Notes under the pieces: model-generated
What the model was told of the DNA's origin: nothing
What the model saw: only the letters and a program-made list of their open reading frames with translations
Databases searched by the model: none
From: Escherichia phage vB_EcoM_WFH
DNA: 64,000 nt
Strand: one strand, 5' to 3'
Sequence record: NC_048194.1
Shown: positions 28,259 through 37,561 of the stretch, one piece after another
Layout: each line of letters starts with the position of its first letter
Numbering within the stretch: the stretch's first letter is position 1
Made by a program: the position numbers and the translations under genes

Positions 28259-30043
28259 ATGCCAACACTTATTAACAGACCTTTCGCGCAAAGCGGTGAT
28301 GTATCCGTGGTGCCGGATGCAAGCCCAAGCGGTTATGTGAACTTCCAGCGCGGCTACACACCTGACTATGCGCTTGCCCTGGAGGCTGGAAACGTCGCCG
28401 CGAAAGCTGTTGAGCGCGAATCCATGAACTGGTTGCTGAATTTGATTACAGACAACCTTATGTTTATTCAAGATCATGGCGCTCAACAATATTTCTCTTC
28501 TGACTTGAAGCCGGATGGATACCCGAAAAACGCCATCGTAGTAAGCAACTCTGGAACGCCTTCAGCGCCTGAGTGGCGCATCTTTCAAAGCGTGGTCGAC
28601 GGCAACACAAGCGCCGTACCAGCCAACGGAGAAACGGAATCTTGGCAGGAATTAACGCTGCCCAGCGAAGCGCGAAAATACATTCCGATGCCTGCTGGCG
28701 GCGATGCGCAAAACCCGTACTTTGTTCGTGGATTGATTTCAAGTTTTGTGGACTTCGATAATATCACGACTTCCACAACTATCGTGATTCAATCCGATTC
28801 CGTCGCCGCTCTGTGCTCTAACATCCCGAATGCGGTTGGCGCAACGAAGGTTGCAGGTCGGCTGCAGGTCTGCGCTTGGCAGGTCGATGCGCAGACCTTT
28901 GCCTTGCAGCAATATACATCAATGAATGGCTATTTGTTTACTCGCTCTTATGCTTCTGGTGCTTGGAGTGCTTGGATTCAAAATGCCACTGTTCAAGACG
29001 TGCAAATTGGAACGCCGAATCTTGCATCAGGTAAAGGAGCGCAAGACATAATCCTTACCGTCCCAGCAGGTTATTCATGGCCTCCGTCAGCAGGTAGTCG
29101 CCTGACAATCGTCAATGATGTAACGACTACCGGACCTGTCACAGTGACCATTGGTGTAAACAAAGTTGCCGTTCTTGGATTCGACGGCAGCGAGTTGCCA
29201 GCTGGCGCTATCGTAGGCCTGTTGCCATTCACCATCATCTATGACGGCACTGTTTGGCGTCTTCTTCAGGCATTCGGCGCGGCGCAAATCGGCGTTGATG
29301 CTACGGAGCCGCAGCAGTTTGTTACCAAAAGGCAACTTGACGCGCTTGCCGCGAAGTTGATTACCATGGGCGACGTATTCGAAGTTGGTGAGACTCGATT
29401 CCTTACCAACGGTACTAACCCAAACACTAAACTGGGCGCTTACGGTCAGGTATGGACAAGGTTGCCTGATAACATGGTGATTCGCACGTCTGGCACGGCG
29501 CGAAACGGTCTTGATACAGGCGGTGCAGACTCTGTTACTCTTACCGCTGCAATGCTTCCACTCCACAATCACAGTGTGAACATTACCACGCGACAAAGTG
29601 GTCCATGGTCAAATACCACTGGAGACGCAGGCAACCATAACCATATAGGTGATACAAGCCAAAACGGTGCTCACTCTCACGGTATGGATGCGGCTGGCAA
29701 CCACCATCACGACAGTGGATGGGGCGAGGCGTTTGCCGACCAAGCTCGATACGGAGTTTATGATGGAACAAACAACAACATTGGAAGCAGAAAGACGGAT
29801 TATGATAACTACAAGTTCAACACTTCAACTAACGGCAACCATGTCCACAATATTCAATCTTCTGGTTCACACACCCATGGCTTGAATATTCAATTTTCCG
29901 GCAATCACAGCCACAGCTATACACTTCCCGCTCACACTCACGATGTGGTCGGTAACACTGGCGATGCAGGACAGTCCGTGCCGACGGCTGTTGCTACTTT
30001 GCCGCGATACGTTGTTTTGAATGGCTGGTACAGAAGCGCATAA
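28259..30043 (+). CDS. tail fibre protein with His-rich HxH repeat tip
   Basis: ATG at 28259 with RBS gaggaa; N-terminus MPTLINRPFAQSGD..VPD typical of fibre proteins; C-terminal region has repeated HNH/HSH/HTH/HVH triplets as in T4 gp12/gp37 metal-binding tips. Confidence 0.6.
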   Translation: MPTLINRPFAQSGDVSVVPDASPSGYVNFQRGYTPDYALALEAGNVAAKAVERESMNWLLNLITDNLMFIQDHGAQQYFSSDLKPDGYPKNAIVVSNSGTPSAPEWRIFQSVVDGNTSAVPANGETESWQELTLPSEARKYIPMPAGGDAQNPYFVRGLISSFVDFDNITTSTTIVIQSDSVAALCSNIPNAVGATKVAGRLQVCAWQVDAQTFALQQYTSMNGYLFTRSYASGAWSAWIQNATVQDVQIGTPNLASGKGAQDIILTVPAGYSWPPSAGSRLTIVNDVTTTGPVTVTIGVNKVAVLGFDGSELPAGAIVGLLPFTIIYDGTVWRLLQAFGAAQIGVDATEPQQFVTKRQLDALAAKLITMGDVFEVGETRFLTNGTNPNTKLGAYGQVWTRLPDNMVIRTSGTARNGLDTGGADSVTLTAAMLPLHNHSVNITTRQSGPWSNTTGDAGNHNHIGDTSQNGAHSHGMDAAGNHHHDSGWGEAFADQARYGVYDGTNNNIGSRKTDYDNYKFNTSTNGNHVHNIQSSGSHTHGLNIQFSGNHSHSYTLPAHTHDVVGNTGDAGQSVPTAVATLPRYVVLNGWYRSA

Positions 30044-30051
30044 GGTGATTT

Positions 30052-30696
30052 ATGATTAATGCAAACGTAATATCTAAAGGGACCGGATGCAGCATGGATG
30101 TTGCAGAGAAATGGGTGGACCATTTCAAGCAGGCTTGTGAGCACTACGGAATCAAAAGCAAGAATGCCATCGCGGCATTCCTTGCAAACGTAGGAGTAGA
30201 GACGGGCAGCTTGAAGACCTTTGTGGAAAATCTCAACTACTCTGCTCAAGGTCTTGCCAATACATGGCCTAGTCGTTACAGCGTCAACGGTCGCTCTGGA
30301 AGTGCCCCGAACTCATTGGCCCTGTCGATTGCCCGTAAACATGTGGAAATCGCCAATAATACATATGCAAACCGCATGGGCAACGGTTCAGTAGCATCTG
30401 GCGACGGTTGGAAGTACCGTGGCCGTGGTGCCATTCAGCTGACTGGAAAGGCCAACTATGCGGAATATACGCGTCAATCAGGCTATGATGCATTGAACAA
30501 TCCTGATATTCTGACTGAACCAAAATACATTGCTGACAGCGCGGCATGGTTCTTTAAGAATAGCGGCTGTATTCCTCTTGCGGATGCAGGAAATTTTGAT
30601 TCAACCGTTAAGCGGATTAACGGGGCCGCGCCGAACGCAGCAAACCACGGCGAGTTGCGAAGAAAGCGTTACAAGGATGCATTAGCAGTTATGTAA
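30052..30696 (+). CDS. endolysin, glycoside hydrolase family 19 (chitinase class I-like)
   Basis: 214 aa; motifs ...FLANVGVETG..., ...YRGRGAIQLTGKANY... match GH19 signature regions; no signal peptide. Confidence 0.8.
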   Translation: MINANVISKGTGCSMDVAEKWVDHFKQACEHYGIKSKNAIAAFLANVGVETGSLKTFVENLNYSAQGLANTWPSRYSVNGRSGSAPNSLALSIARKHVEIANNTYANRMGNGSVASGDGWKYRGRGAIQLTGKANYAEYTRQSGYDALNNPDILTEPKYIADSAAWFFKNSGCIPLADAGNFDSTVKRINGAAPNAANHGELRRKRYKDALAVM

Positions 30697-30699
30697 GAA

Positions 30700-30719
30700 A
30701 AAGGCCCATATGGGCCTTT
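30700..30719. terminator. bidirectional intrinsic terminator (perfect 20-bp palindrome AAAGGCCCATATGGGCCTTT)
   Basis: GC-rich stem flanked by A-run upstream and T-run downstream; sits where plus-strand late block and minus-strand block converge. Confidence 0.7.
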
Positions 30720-30721
30720 GT

Positions 30722-30934
30722 TTATTTTACGGCTTCAACTTGGACGGGCGGAGCGGAACTTGTATCAATGTCTGGCAAGTCGAAGTAATACCCCGCCATA
30801 CCAATTGCACCCACAATCGCGGCCCGTGCCACCTTGTTGCTAATTGACTCCCCAATAAGCTTTACCAACAGGGATAAGATTTGAGACGTCAAAGCCTTTT
30901 TCAGCCTTTTGTTTTCTTCCAAATCTTTCTGCAT
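30722..30934 (-). CDS. small single-TM protein (70 aa)
   Basis: ATG at codon 7 of track ORF with RBS gggtgg; hydrophobic segment AAIVGAIGMAGYYF. Confidence 0.3.
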   Translation of the reverse strand: MQKDLEENKRLKKALTSQILSLLVKLIGESISNKVARAAIVGAIGMAGYYFDLPDIDTSSAPPVQVEAVK

Positions 30935-30948
30935 AACTACCACCCATG

Positions 30949-31491
30949 TCAACGCACTTCCTGTGTCTTAACATTACCTGAAGCATCTCTCAAGGGCAGT
31001 GGATAGTAGGCCATTTGGTAGTCTGATACGCCTTCAATGTGATAAAACACGATTACGTCTTTGCTGTTGATGAGCATGTTAACGACATCTGATTTATCTT
31101 CTGGAGTGAGTATTAGTGCGCCGCCTGTCCTGCTGTCTACTGCAACAGGGTATGTCTTGTCGACAAGGCCGCTGTCCAATGTATTATACCTGACAACGAT
31201 TTCAGGGGCATCAACTTTTGCCATTGACATTCCGAACACAAACGACACGACCTGCCGACCGCGATCATTCATTACGCACATCTTTTCTTTGTCAAATCTT
31301 TCTTTTATTACGTCGTATTTATTCCAGCAAAACTCAAATGACTGCCCATTGTTAAAATATCTTGTCAAAACTTTTGCACTTCCATTCGGCGGCGTAAACA
31401 TATTTTCAGCCGATGCAGTCTTGGTGAAGAATATAACTGTCAGCATAGCCATGATGATGATCAAAACAATCTTTAATTTGTTCGCTTTCAT
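30949..31491 (-). CDS. secreted/periplasmic protein with N-terminal signal peptide
   Basis: 180 aa; MKANKLKIVLIIIMAMLTVIFFTKTASA-EN signal-peptide-like N-terminus. Confidence 0.45.
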   Translation of the reverse strand: MKANKLKIVLIIIMAMLTVIFFTKTASAENMFTPPNGSAKVLTRYFNNGQSFEFCWNKYDVIKERFDKEKMCVMNDRGRQVVSFVFGMSMAKVDAPEIVVRYNTLDSGLVDKTYPVAVDSRTGGALILTPEDKSDVVNMLINSKDVIVFYHIEGVSDYQMAYYPLPLRDASGNVKTQEVR

Positions 31492-31573
31492 TATAATTCA
31501 CCTTTTGATTATGAATATTAATAGTATAGGCTTAAGGTTTTGAAAGTAAATACGCCGAAAGTAAATAAAAGAA

Positions 31574-31593
31574 AAGCCGGAAATTTCCGGCTT
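31574..31593 (-). terminator. intrinsic terminator (perfect 20-bp palindrome AAGCCGGAAATTTCCGGCTT)
   Basis: On minus strand the stem is followed by TTTTCTTTTATTT; located just downstream of the ligase gene. Confidence 0.65.
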
Positions 31594-31666
31594 TATGTAT
31601 ACACTGTATATTAAATTCTAGAAAACGGCGCGATAGATTATACGCAACAATTATTTATCCAGTGTG

Positions 31667-32641
31667 TTAAAAATACTCCATATCGGTAATATCACGGAAG
31701 CACTTATACAAGGCAGAGCGCGGCACGTCAACTATGCCAAAGTTAAAGAATTTATATGTCAAATACTTGTTTCGATAATTCTCGCGATTCTCCCAAAGCA
31801 TTTTTCTCTCTGCCATAGGCATTGAACCAGCGGAGACGCGGAAGGGAATCATTTCACCTTTCTCATCAACATATTTTGGATTGACAACCACAAATGATCC
31901 AAGGTATCCTTTTGCAACTAAGCCTTCAGCCTCTTTCGAACGCTTAGTGCGACCCAACTCATCAATGAATGCTTCGTTGTTATTCTCCATCATCTCAACG
32001 AAGTCTATGATCAGTCCTTCTTCATCGGTCCACGGCTTGTCCTTCCACACATCACGTGACTTTGGCGTCGCGCGGCCATGCTTGTATTTGCCCGTCCAAG
32101 ACTTGCCATACAAGCCTTCATAGCCAAGCTGGTCTGCTTCGATTTGCATCGCCGCGTACTGTTCCATATTTTCGATGTTTCGATATTCGAGAGCGCGAAG
32201 GAATGGGCGTCGACCATGGTTGATGAGGTGCTGATTGACTTCAGCAACTCTAGCGCGATAGTTTGCATAACGCTTTTCAAAAGGCAAATCAGGGTCGCTG
32301 AAGTCATCAAACACCCACCATGTAAAGTTAGTGATTGCATCAGTGTTCATGCATGCAGTATAGGCCTGTTGCATGACGTTCTTGTCATTCGGATTACCGT
32401 CAATTAGCTCTCCATCAAGTCCGTGAATCAATTCACCCAAGAATAGGAACTCTTTTTTGATTTGAATGTTGCGCAGTGCCATGCCGGATGTGCCCATTGG
32501 CAAGTTGTCATACGCCATCGCGCGTATTCCATCGACCTTGAAGGATAATCCGCAAGGCAGCGGCACATCTTCGCCGCGCTCGATGATTTGTTTACGCTGG
32601 CAACCTTTCATTGGTTTTAATGCTTTGATTTCTCCTGCCAT
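31667..32641 (-). CDS. ATP-dependent DNA ligase
   Basis: ATG at 32641 overlapping upstream stop (track start is GTG one codon earlier); nucleotidyltransferase motif I KVDGIR near N-terminus, further DG/ELDGE-type motifs; size as T7-type ligases. Confidence 0.6.
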   Translation of the reverse strand: MAGEIKALKPMKGCQRKQIIERGEDVPLPCGLSFKVDGIRAMAYDNLPMGTSGMALRNIQIKKEFLFLGELIHGLDGELIDGNPNDKNVMQQAYTACMNTDAITNFTWWVFDDFSDPDLPFEKRYANYRARVAEVNQHLINHGRRPFLRALEYRNIENMEQYAAMQIEADQLGYEGLYGKSWTGKYKHGRATPKSRDVWKDKPWTDEEGLIIDFVEMMENNNEAFIDELGRTKRSKEAEGLVAKGYLGSFVVVNPKYVDEKGEMIPFRVSAGSMPMAERKMLWENRENYRNKYLTYKFFNFGIVDVPRSALYKCFRDITDMEYF

Positions 32642-33234
32642 CACTCAAACTCCTTATTCATCACTTGTTCCAGCGCATAGGCATAAGCCTGATCAGTCGA
32701 TTTAATAAACGTTCCGTTGTACATCACACCTTTACGGTCCTTGATGTCTTCATAGGCGGCTTGAGCGCAATCAGACAGTCGAAGTCCATAATCATGCGCT
32801 ACGCCGGAAAGATAATCGACTGCGGCCATGATAGTGACATCAATATCCATGCTTTGATTTTTAGCAATGGCGTCACCAAGCCGTCCGAGAGTCTTCGCCA
32901 AGCGAAGGATAAAGGAATGAGGGTGAGCGCCTTTGTCAGCGCAACCGCCTCCGTTGATGTCTTCGATTTTTGCACCATTTTGCGCGGCAAGAATAGTTAA
33001 CACAACAAGGCAATCACCGATGTCGTCCTTGATTGCGGCTTGCAAATCACAAATGGCCTGCTCTGTATATCCGATTTCAGGGTCAAAGAACACAAGGTCA
33101 TGGAGTTGATCCACGTGGTCGGTCAACTCCCCAAACTCGCTAATAAGCTTCGGGTATTGGTCTTTAAGGCCGCAACCTTTGATGATGTTACGGTCAGAAG
33201 CCCATTGGCGAATGTTTGCATAAATCTGGTTCAT
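32641..33234 (-). CDS. MazG-like nucleoside triphosphate pyrophosphohydrolase
   Basis: 197 aa; EFGELTDH ... DDIGDCLVVLTILAAQNGAKIED pattern matches MazG/HisE-type EExxE...D motifs. Confidence 0.5.
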   Translation of the reverse strand: MNQIYANIRQWASDRNIIKGCGLKDQYPKLISEFGELTDHVDQLHDLVFFDPEIGYTEQAICDLQAAIKDDIGDCLVVLTILAAQNGAKIEDINGGGCADKGAHPHSFILRLAKTLGRLGDAIAKNQSMDIDVTIMAAVDYLSGVAHDYGLRLSDCAQAAYEDIKDRKGVMYNGTFIKSTDQAYAYALEQVMNKEFE

Positions 33235-33749
33235 TTATTTTCCTTTGATGCGTTGAATTGGTCGATTTTAATTTTAGCCTGATTATAAGTATCAATCAAG
33301 CTATTAACTTTCTCTTTTAATCGGTTCGTTTCTGCGGCGAACTGAACAAGAAATCGGACATCCTCTTCTGATAGTCCACAGTTTCCTTCTGGGATAGAGA
33401 GGCGTCCAGTGGTCGCAGAGTAGGGCACACTCCTGAGTAATTCACGGGAACAGCTGAGTTGCTCGCGCAGCTTGATATTCCCAGACTTGTAACGAGCAAT
33501 AGTGTCATCAGCAACCAGTTGCGCTTCCTGGCGACCCTTCTCATATGCCGATGCCGATTCAACCTGTAAAGATGCAATTTGCTCTTCGAGTGCATTTATC
33601 TTGTCCTTACGCTCATTAAGCGATGTCAGATATTGATTGTCCTTGGCCAGTGATGCGTTGGTTTGCTGAAGGTCTTCAACGTATGATCCAGCGGCGAACG
33701 CGCCAACAAGGGCCAGAATCTTCAGTAGCGGTACAATTCTTTCTATCAT
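33231..33749 (-). CDS. i-spanin (Rz-like): N-terminal TM anchor plus coiled coil
   Basis: 172 aa; IVPLLKILALVGAFAAGSYV TM segment then heptad-rich region; contains an embedded out-of-frame lipoprotein ORF. Confidence 0.55.
   Translation of the reverse strand: MIERIVPLLKILALVGAFAAGSYVEDLQQTNASLAKDNQYLTSLNERKDKINALEEQIASLQVESASAYEKGRQEAQLVADDTIARYKSGNIKLREQLSCSRELLRSVPYSATTGRLSIPEGNCGLSEEDVRFLVQFAAETNRLKEKVNSLIDTYNQAKIKIDQFNASKENK
33317..33544 (-). CDS. o-spanin (Rz1-like) lipoprotein embedded in the Rz-like gene in another frame
   Basis: From internal ATG: MRRVARKRNWLLMTLLLVTSLGISSC-ASNSAVPVNYSGVCPTLRPLD...; positive n-region, hydrophobic core, lipobox ISSC, Pro-rich mature part. Confidence 0.5.
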   Translation of the reverse strand: MRRVARKRNWLLMTLLLVTSLGISSCASNSAVPVNYSGVCPTLRPLDASLSQKETVDYQKRMSDFLFSSPQKRTD

Positions 33750-33806
33750 GATGCACCAGATAAATAAAAGGCCGCCAATCGGCAGCCTTGTTGATTTGAT
33801 TGTCGA

Positions 33807-34667
33807 TTAAAACTCTTCTGCGTCGGTCGGAGTTTCATTGACAGGACCAGCGGCACCACTTGCTTCTTCCTGCTTGCTGCGGTCAATGTTAACGTTGCCG
33901 CCAACCACGTCGTTGTGGAATGCTTTGGCGACTTCGTACAGGCCTTTGTCCTGCACCAGACCTTCCAGCTCAAACTTCAGGACGGACCAGGTGTTGCCGT
34001 CTTTGGACTGAGACGCAGTACCCATGCGAACGATGTTCATGAAGGTCGGCGGCGTTTTCAGGCCCTGCGGAGTCTGAACTTTCTTCTGCTGCAGAGCGGT
34101 CATCAGCATGCGAGACGGCTTGATCATGGAAGAAGTCAGAGACAGCATTGCACTACCAAATTCACCAGTTTCTTCGTTCAACAGAATCACGAAGTGGTTA
34201 CGTGTATCTGCGTAGTAAGGTGATTTCTTCTCGTGCACCTTGCCGTTTTCGTCTGGCACAAACACCTTACCGTTGATCTCAACAGCGCGGCCTGCCGCGA
34301 CTTCTGCATCAACGTGCTCTTTGGTGAATTCACCTTTAAAGCCTTTATCGTCGGACTCGCGACCGCCCCAAAGGATGAAGGTGCGTTTGAATGCGCAAGG
34401 GATGATCTGCACGCCCTTCTTGCCGTCATACAATTCACCAGTAACGGTGTTGTACAGCATACCAGCTTTTGCGCCAGGAACGTGTTTTGGATCATCTTCG
34501 TCGACCATCGGAGACATCTTTTGCAGTACGACGATAAAAGGAATGGCATAAGCGTCGGCATCGGCACCTTCAAAACCAGCGCCAAAATCGGTCATATCGA
34601 CAAAATCAGCCATAGCGGACATCTGGGTGTTTTTTGCTGCAACTTCGGTAGTTTCTTTCTTAGACAT
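33807..34667 (-). CDS. single-stranded DNA-binding protein (T7 gp2.5-like)
   Basis: 286 aa; acidic C-terminal tail ending ...ETPTDAEEF (acidic tail with terminal Phe as in gp2.5-type SSBs); position in replication block. Confidence 0.45.
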   Translation of the reverse strand: MSKKETTEVAAKNTQMSAMADFVDMTDFGAGFEGADADAYAIPFIVVLQKMSPMVDEDDPKHVPGAKAGMLYNTVTGELYDGKKGVQIIPCAFKRTFILWGGRESDDKGFKGEFTKEHVDAEVAAGRAVEINGKVFVPDENGKVHEKKSPYYADTRNHFVILLNEETGEFGSAMLSLTSSMIKPSRMLMTALQQKKVQTPQGLKTPPTFMNIVRMGTASQSKDGNTWSVLKFELEGLVQDKGLYEVAKAFHNDVVGGNVNIDRSKQEEASGAAGPVNETPTDAEEF

Positions 34668-34726
34668 TTGGTGTTTTCCTATAGTATCAAGTTTCGTGGC
34701 AACCTGATTTCAAGATAAAGGTTAAA

Positions 34727-35284
34727 TTACTTTTTGCTTTTAGGCAAGGTTATTTTAGCTTCTTTATACTCAAAAACGCTAATATCTTCACTAACTGGAT
34801 TACCCGCTTCCAGCTGTTCTTTAACAAATGACTTCAGTGTAGCAGAATGAACGCCTTGTTTCAACGTGGCTTCAACACCGTCTTCACGCAGCGCGGCAAC
34901 AATCTCTTGCGCTTGCTCGATTTCTTCGCGACCGAACTCAGCCGTGACGCTGGACTTGATCAAGCCGCCGTAACCGTTGTTGACGAGCCAATCGAATACC
35001 TTCAATTCATTTTCTTTCTTGATTGAAGCATTTACTTTTGACTCGACCTTGATTTTGGTCTTGTCTTCAAGCTTGATTTCGGACACGCCAAGCTCATCCA
35101 TGACGCCAGGAAGCAGAACAGTTTTGATTTCACTGATGCGCTGCTTTTGCATATCAGCTTCATCTTCAAGCTCTGTCAAAGCTTCTTGGCGTTCTGCCAA
35201 TTCCGATACTAAGCGCGCAAGGCGCTCTTGAATGCTCTCAGGAGCGACCTGCGGCAAATCATCTTCCCAATTAATATTGCTCAT
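34727..35284 (-). CDS. hypothetical protein (185 aa, acidic, coiled-coil N-region)
   Basis: ATG overlapping upstream stop; no recognised motif. Confidence 0.4.
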   Translation of the reverse strand: MSNINWEDDLPQVAPESIQERLARLVSELAERQEALTELEDEADMQKQRISEIKTVLLPGVMDELGVSEIKLEDKTKIKVESKVNASIKKENELKVFDWLVNNGYGGLIKSSVTAEFGREEIEQAQEIVAALREDGVEATLKQGVHSATLKSFVKEQLEAGNPVSEDISVFEYKEAKITLPKSKK

Positions 35285-35544
35285 ATTTTACCTTCTTGCA
35301 TTAGCCCTTCAACACGGGTCATTTGATAACGTTCAGGTTTCCAAGCCGCCAAAGCCTTCTCAGCGCCTTTTAAAGTCTTATATGCCTTGATGCCAGGCAT
35401 AATTACGGTATTCACCCCAGCACCGTTGCCATAATCAAACTCTTTTACAACGCGGAACATGCCGTCAATTTCTTTGACCAAAAGACGTTTGAACGCGATT
35501 GCGCCAGTAGCTTCATTTTTGTAACGTTCAAGGATGCGTACCAT
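35281..35544 (-). CDS. hypothetical protein (87 aa)
   Basis: ATG start, operon context. Confidence 0.35.
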   Translation of the reverse strand: MVRILERYKNEATGAIAFKRLLVKEIDGMFRVVKEFDYGNGAGVNTVIMPGIKAYKTLKGAEKALAAWKPERYQMTRVEGLMQEGKI

Positions 35545-35618
35545 TTTGTATTCCTCTATTTCGTTTCGATGAAGTAATTATGACTCATCTTCCGTGACAA
35601 GTCAAATTATTTTTGATA

Positions 35619-37142
35619 TTAATTCATCTTTTTGCCGTCGAGGATGTGATCAGCAAGCATTGACTTCATACTGAGTGAACGCTGAATTTCTTCGTCGATG
35701 GTATCAACACCAATAAAATCAACATACAACACGCTTGATTTGGTGCCGATGCGGTGATTTCGGTCTTCGGATTGTTTGCGCAGCTCGTTGTCGTAGTTGC
35801 AAGAATAATAAATTGCCAAGTCAGCGGCGGTAAGCGTGATGCCGATGCCTGCCGCTGCAGCGTGGCAAACCAATACCTGTGTTCCACCATTCGCGACTGT
35901 GTTCTTCTGGAAGTCATCAATTAAGAACTCGCGCTGCTCTTTGGACGTTTCACCGTTGTATACACCAGTGACCACGCCTTCAGACTCAAGCCAGTCCTTA
36001 ATCTGGTTCATCTCTTCCTTAAAGATGGCCCAAACGATGAATTTGCGCTCTGGGTCGTCTTCCAGCACCCCTTCCACATAATCCTTAAAGGCCGTGAATC
36101 GTGGGTTGTCTTCCATGTAGACCATCTCATCATACACCTTAACAAAACCGGATGTCACCTGCTTCATCTTAGTGCGCGACGCGATCATCTCAAACTTGAC
36201 GTTTTCTTCTTCGCCCTTGTATTCCATCAAATAGTTGTACTCATTCTTGAGTTCATCGTAAACATCGCGTTGTTTAGGCGACAACTCGAAGTCAATAAAC
36301 TTGTACACCTTCTCTGGAAGGTCAGGCAAGTATTCTGCTTTTGTTGCACGAAAATAGTGCGGTTCCATCAGCCGGATAAGCTTGTCAAGGTTCTTGTACA
36401 TCGGTCGGCCAAACTGGTCTTTGCGCGGCACTTGCGGAATCCCATAGCCATTGCCGCCGATTTTCTTGAGGATGGCTTGCATCTCTGGGTCGTGCGCTTC
36501 AAGCAGCACAGTGAATTCAGAGTTAAAGGCACGGAATGATTTGGTGCCGAGCAATCCTGCTTCAAGGAAGTGGTATTGCATGTAAATATCCGCAGGCGAG
36601 CGCGGCAACGGCGTGCCAGAAAGGATTCGACGGGCCTTTGCCAGCCGTCCCAATTCCACAACCTTGATGGAGCGTTTGGCTGTGTTATTCTTGATGCGCG
36701 TTGATTCGTCGATGATCATCAGGCAGCGGTACTTCTTCAAGACCGACTCGATGTGTTGATAACCGACTGGTGTGTTGACAGTATCGATGTTGAATGAGAA
36801 GATGCGCGCAGGCACTTCGCCTTCGGGGTAGTGATCAGCAAACATCTTCTCCCAAAGCGCCTTGCCCTTTTTAGTTTTCATCTTGTCGTTGCCGCGCCAG
36901 TAGTGCCCAATCCACTTGATGGAAAGGTGCTCTGGCGCTTCACGACGAATCCAGTTTGAGTGGACACCGTTTGGAGCGATGACTACCATGGCATCGAACG
37001 CGCCAGCGTTGAAGTGCTTTTCAAACTCTGCCAAAGCGGTCCAAGTTTTACCAAGACCCTGTTCCATGAAATAGGCAAAGTATTTTCTGCGGCCTGCTTT
37101 ATCAAGCGCCAGAAGCTGGTGGCGCATCCCTTGTGTTTTCAT
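35619..37142 (-). CDS. SNF2-family (SF2) DNA helicase
   Basis: 507 aa; N-terminal ATPase region with GLGKT-type P-loop context (FMEQGLGKTWTAL), DEAH-like box (IIDESTRIKN), SNF2 motif ILSGTPL, C-terminal helicase domain. Confidence 0.75.
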   Translation of the reverse strand: MKTQGMRHQLLALDKAGRRKYFAYFMEQGLGKTWTALAEFEKHFNAGAFDAMVVIAPNGVHSNWIRREAPEHLSIKWIGHYWRGNDKMKTKKGKALWEKMFADHYPEGEVPARIFSFNIDTVNTPVGYQHIESVLKKYRCLMIIDESTRIKNNTAKRSIKVVELGRLAKARRILSGTPLPRSPADIYMQYHFLEAGLLGTKSFRAFNSEFTVLLEAHDPEMQAILKKIGGNGYGIPQVPRKDQFGRPMYKNLDKLIRLMEPHYFRATKAEYLPDLPEKVYKFIDFELSPKQRDVYDELKNEYNYLMEYKGEEENVKFEMIASRTKMKQVTSGFVKVYDEMVYMEDNPRFTAFKDYVEGVLEDDPERKFIVWAIFKEEMNQIKDWLESEGVVTGVYNGETSKEQREFLIDDFQKNTVANGGTQVLVCHAAAAGIGITLTAADLAIYYSCNYDNELRKQSEDRNHRIGTKSSVLYVDFIGVDTIDEEIQRSLSMKSMLADHILDGKKMN

Positions 37143-37561
37143 GACAATTCCTCTAAATACTTGATGATGTGATGAATAGTGCCCTTCACGATTATCTCAC
37201 GTTGAACGTCTGCAATATTATAACGCTTTAATTCAATCGAAGGGTGGACTAAATAAAACATCTTCTCAGAATCGACTTTAAGCAAAACAAATGATGGGTA
37301 TTTCCAATCATTCCACGAAGAAAGAAAGCTGCACTGACCTTTCTCAAATGCATTTCTGAAAGGTGCAGTGGTGGCCCTTGCAGGCCACGATTCAAAGAAC
37401 TTCATTTCAAGCCAAAAGCCGCGCCCTTTCCGGTTGGTGCCGATTACGTCCGGCACACCATCACCCGTCATTGATTCGATTCTTTGAAGCTTCAAGATTG
37501 ATTCTGAATGCTTCTTCAAAGGCACGAATATGTATTTCTGTTCACGGTTATTTGTTGCCAT
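37139..37561 (-). CDS. VRR-NUC domain nuclease
   Basis: 140 aa; GVPDVIG...GRGFWLEMK core resembles the VRR-NUC PD-(D/E)xK pattern; gene immediately precedes and overlaps the SNF2 helicase gene, a common pairing. Confidence 0.5.
   Translation of the reverse strand: MATNNREQKYIFVPLKKHSESILKLQRIESMTGDGVPDVIGTNRKGRGFWLEMKFFESWPARATTAPFRNAFEKGQCSFLSSWNDWKYPSFVLLKVDSEKMFYLVHPSIELKRYNIADVQREIIVKGTIHHIIKYLEELS

Noticed and set aside
25510-30043. Diversity-generating retroelement targeting the fibre genes
   Set aside because: No reverse transcriptase ORF and no template/variable repeat pair detectable by eye near the fibre 3' ends.
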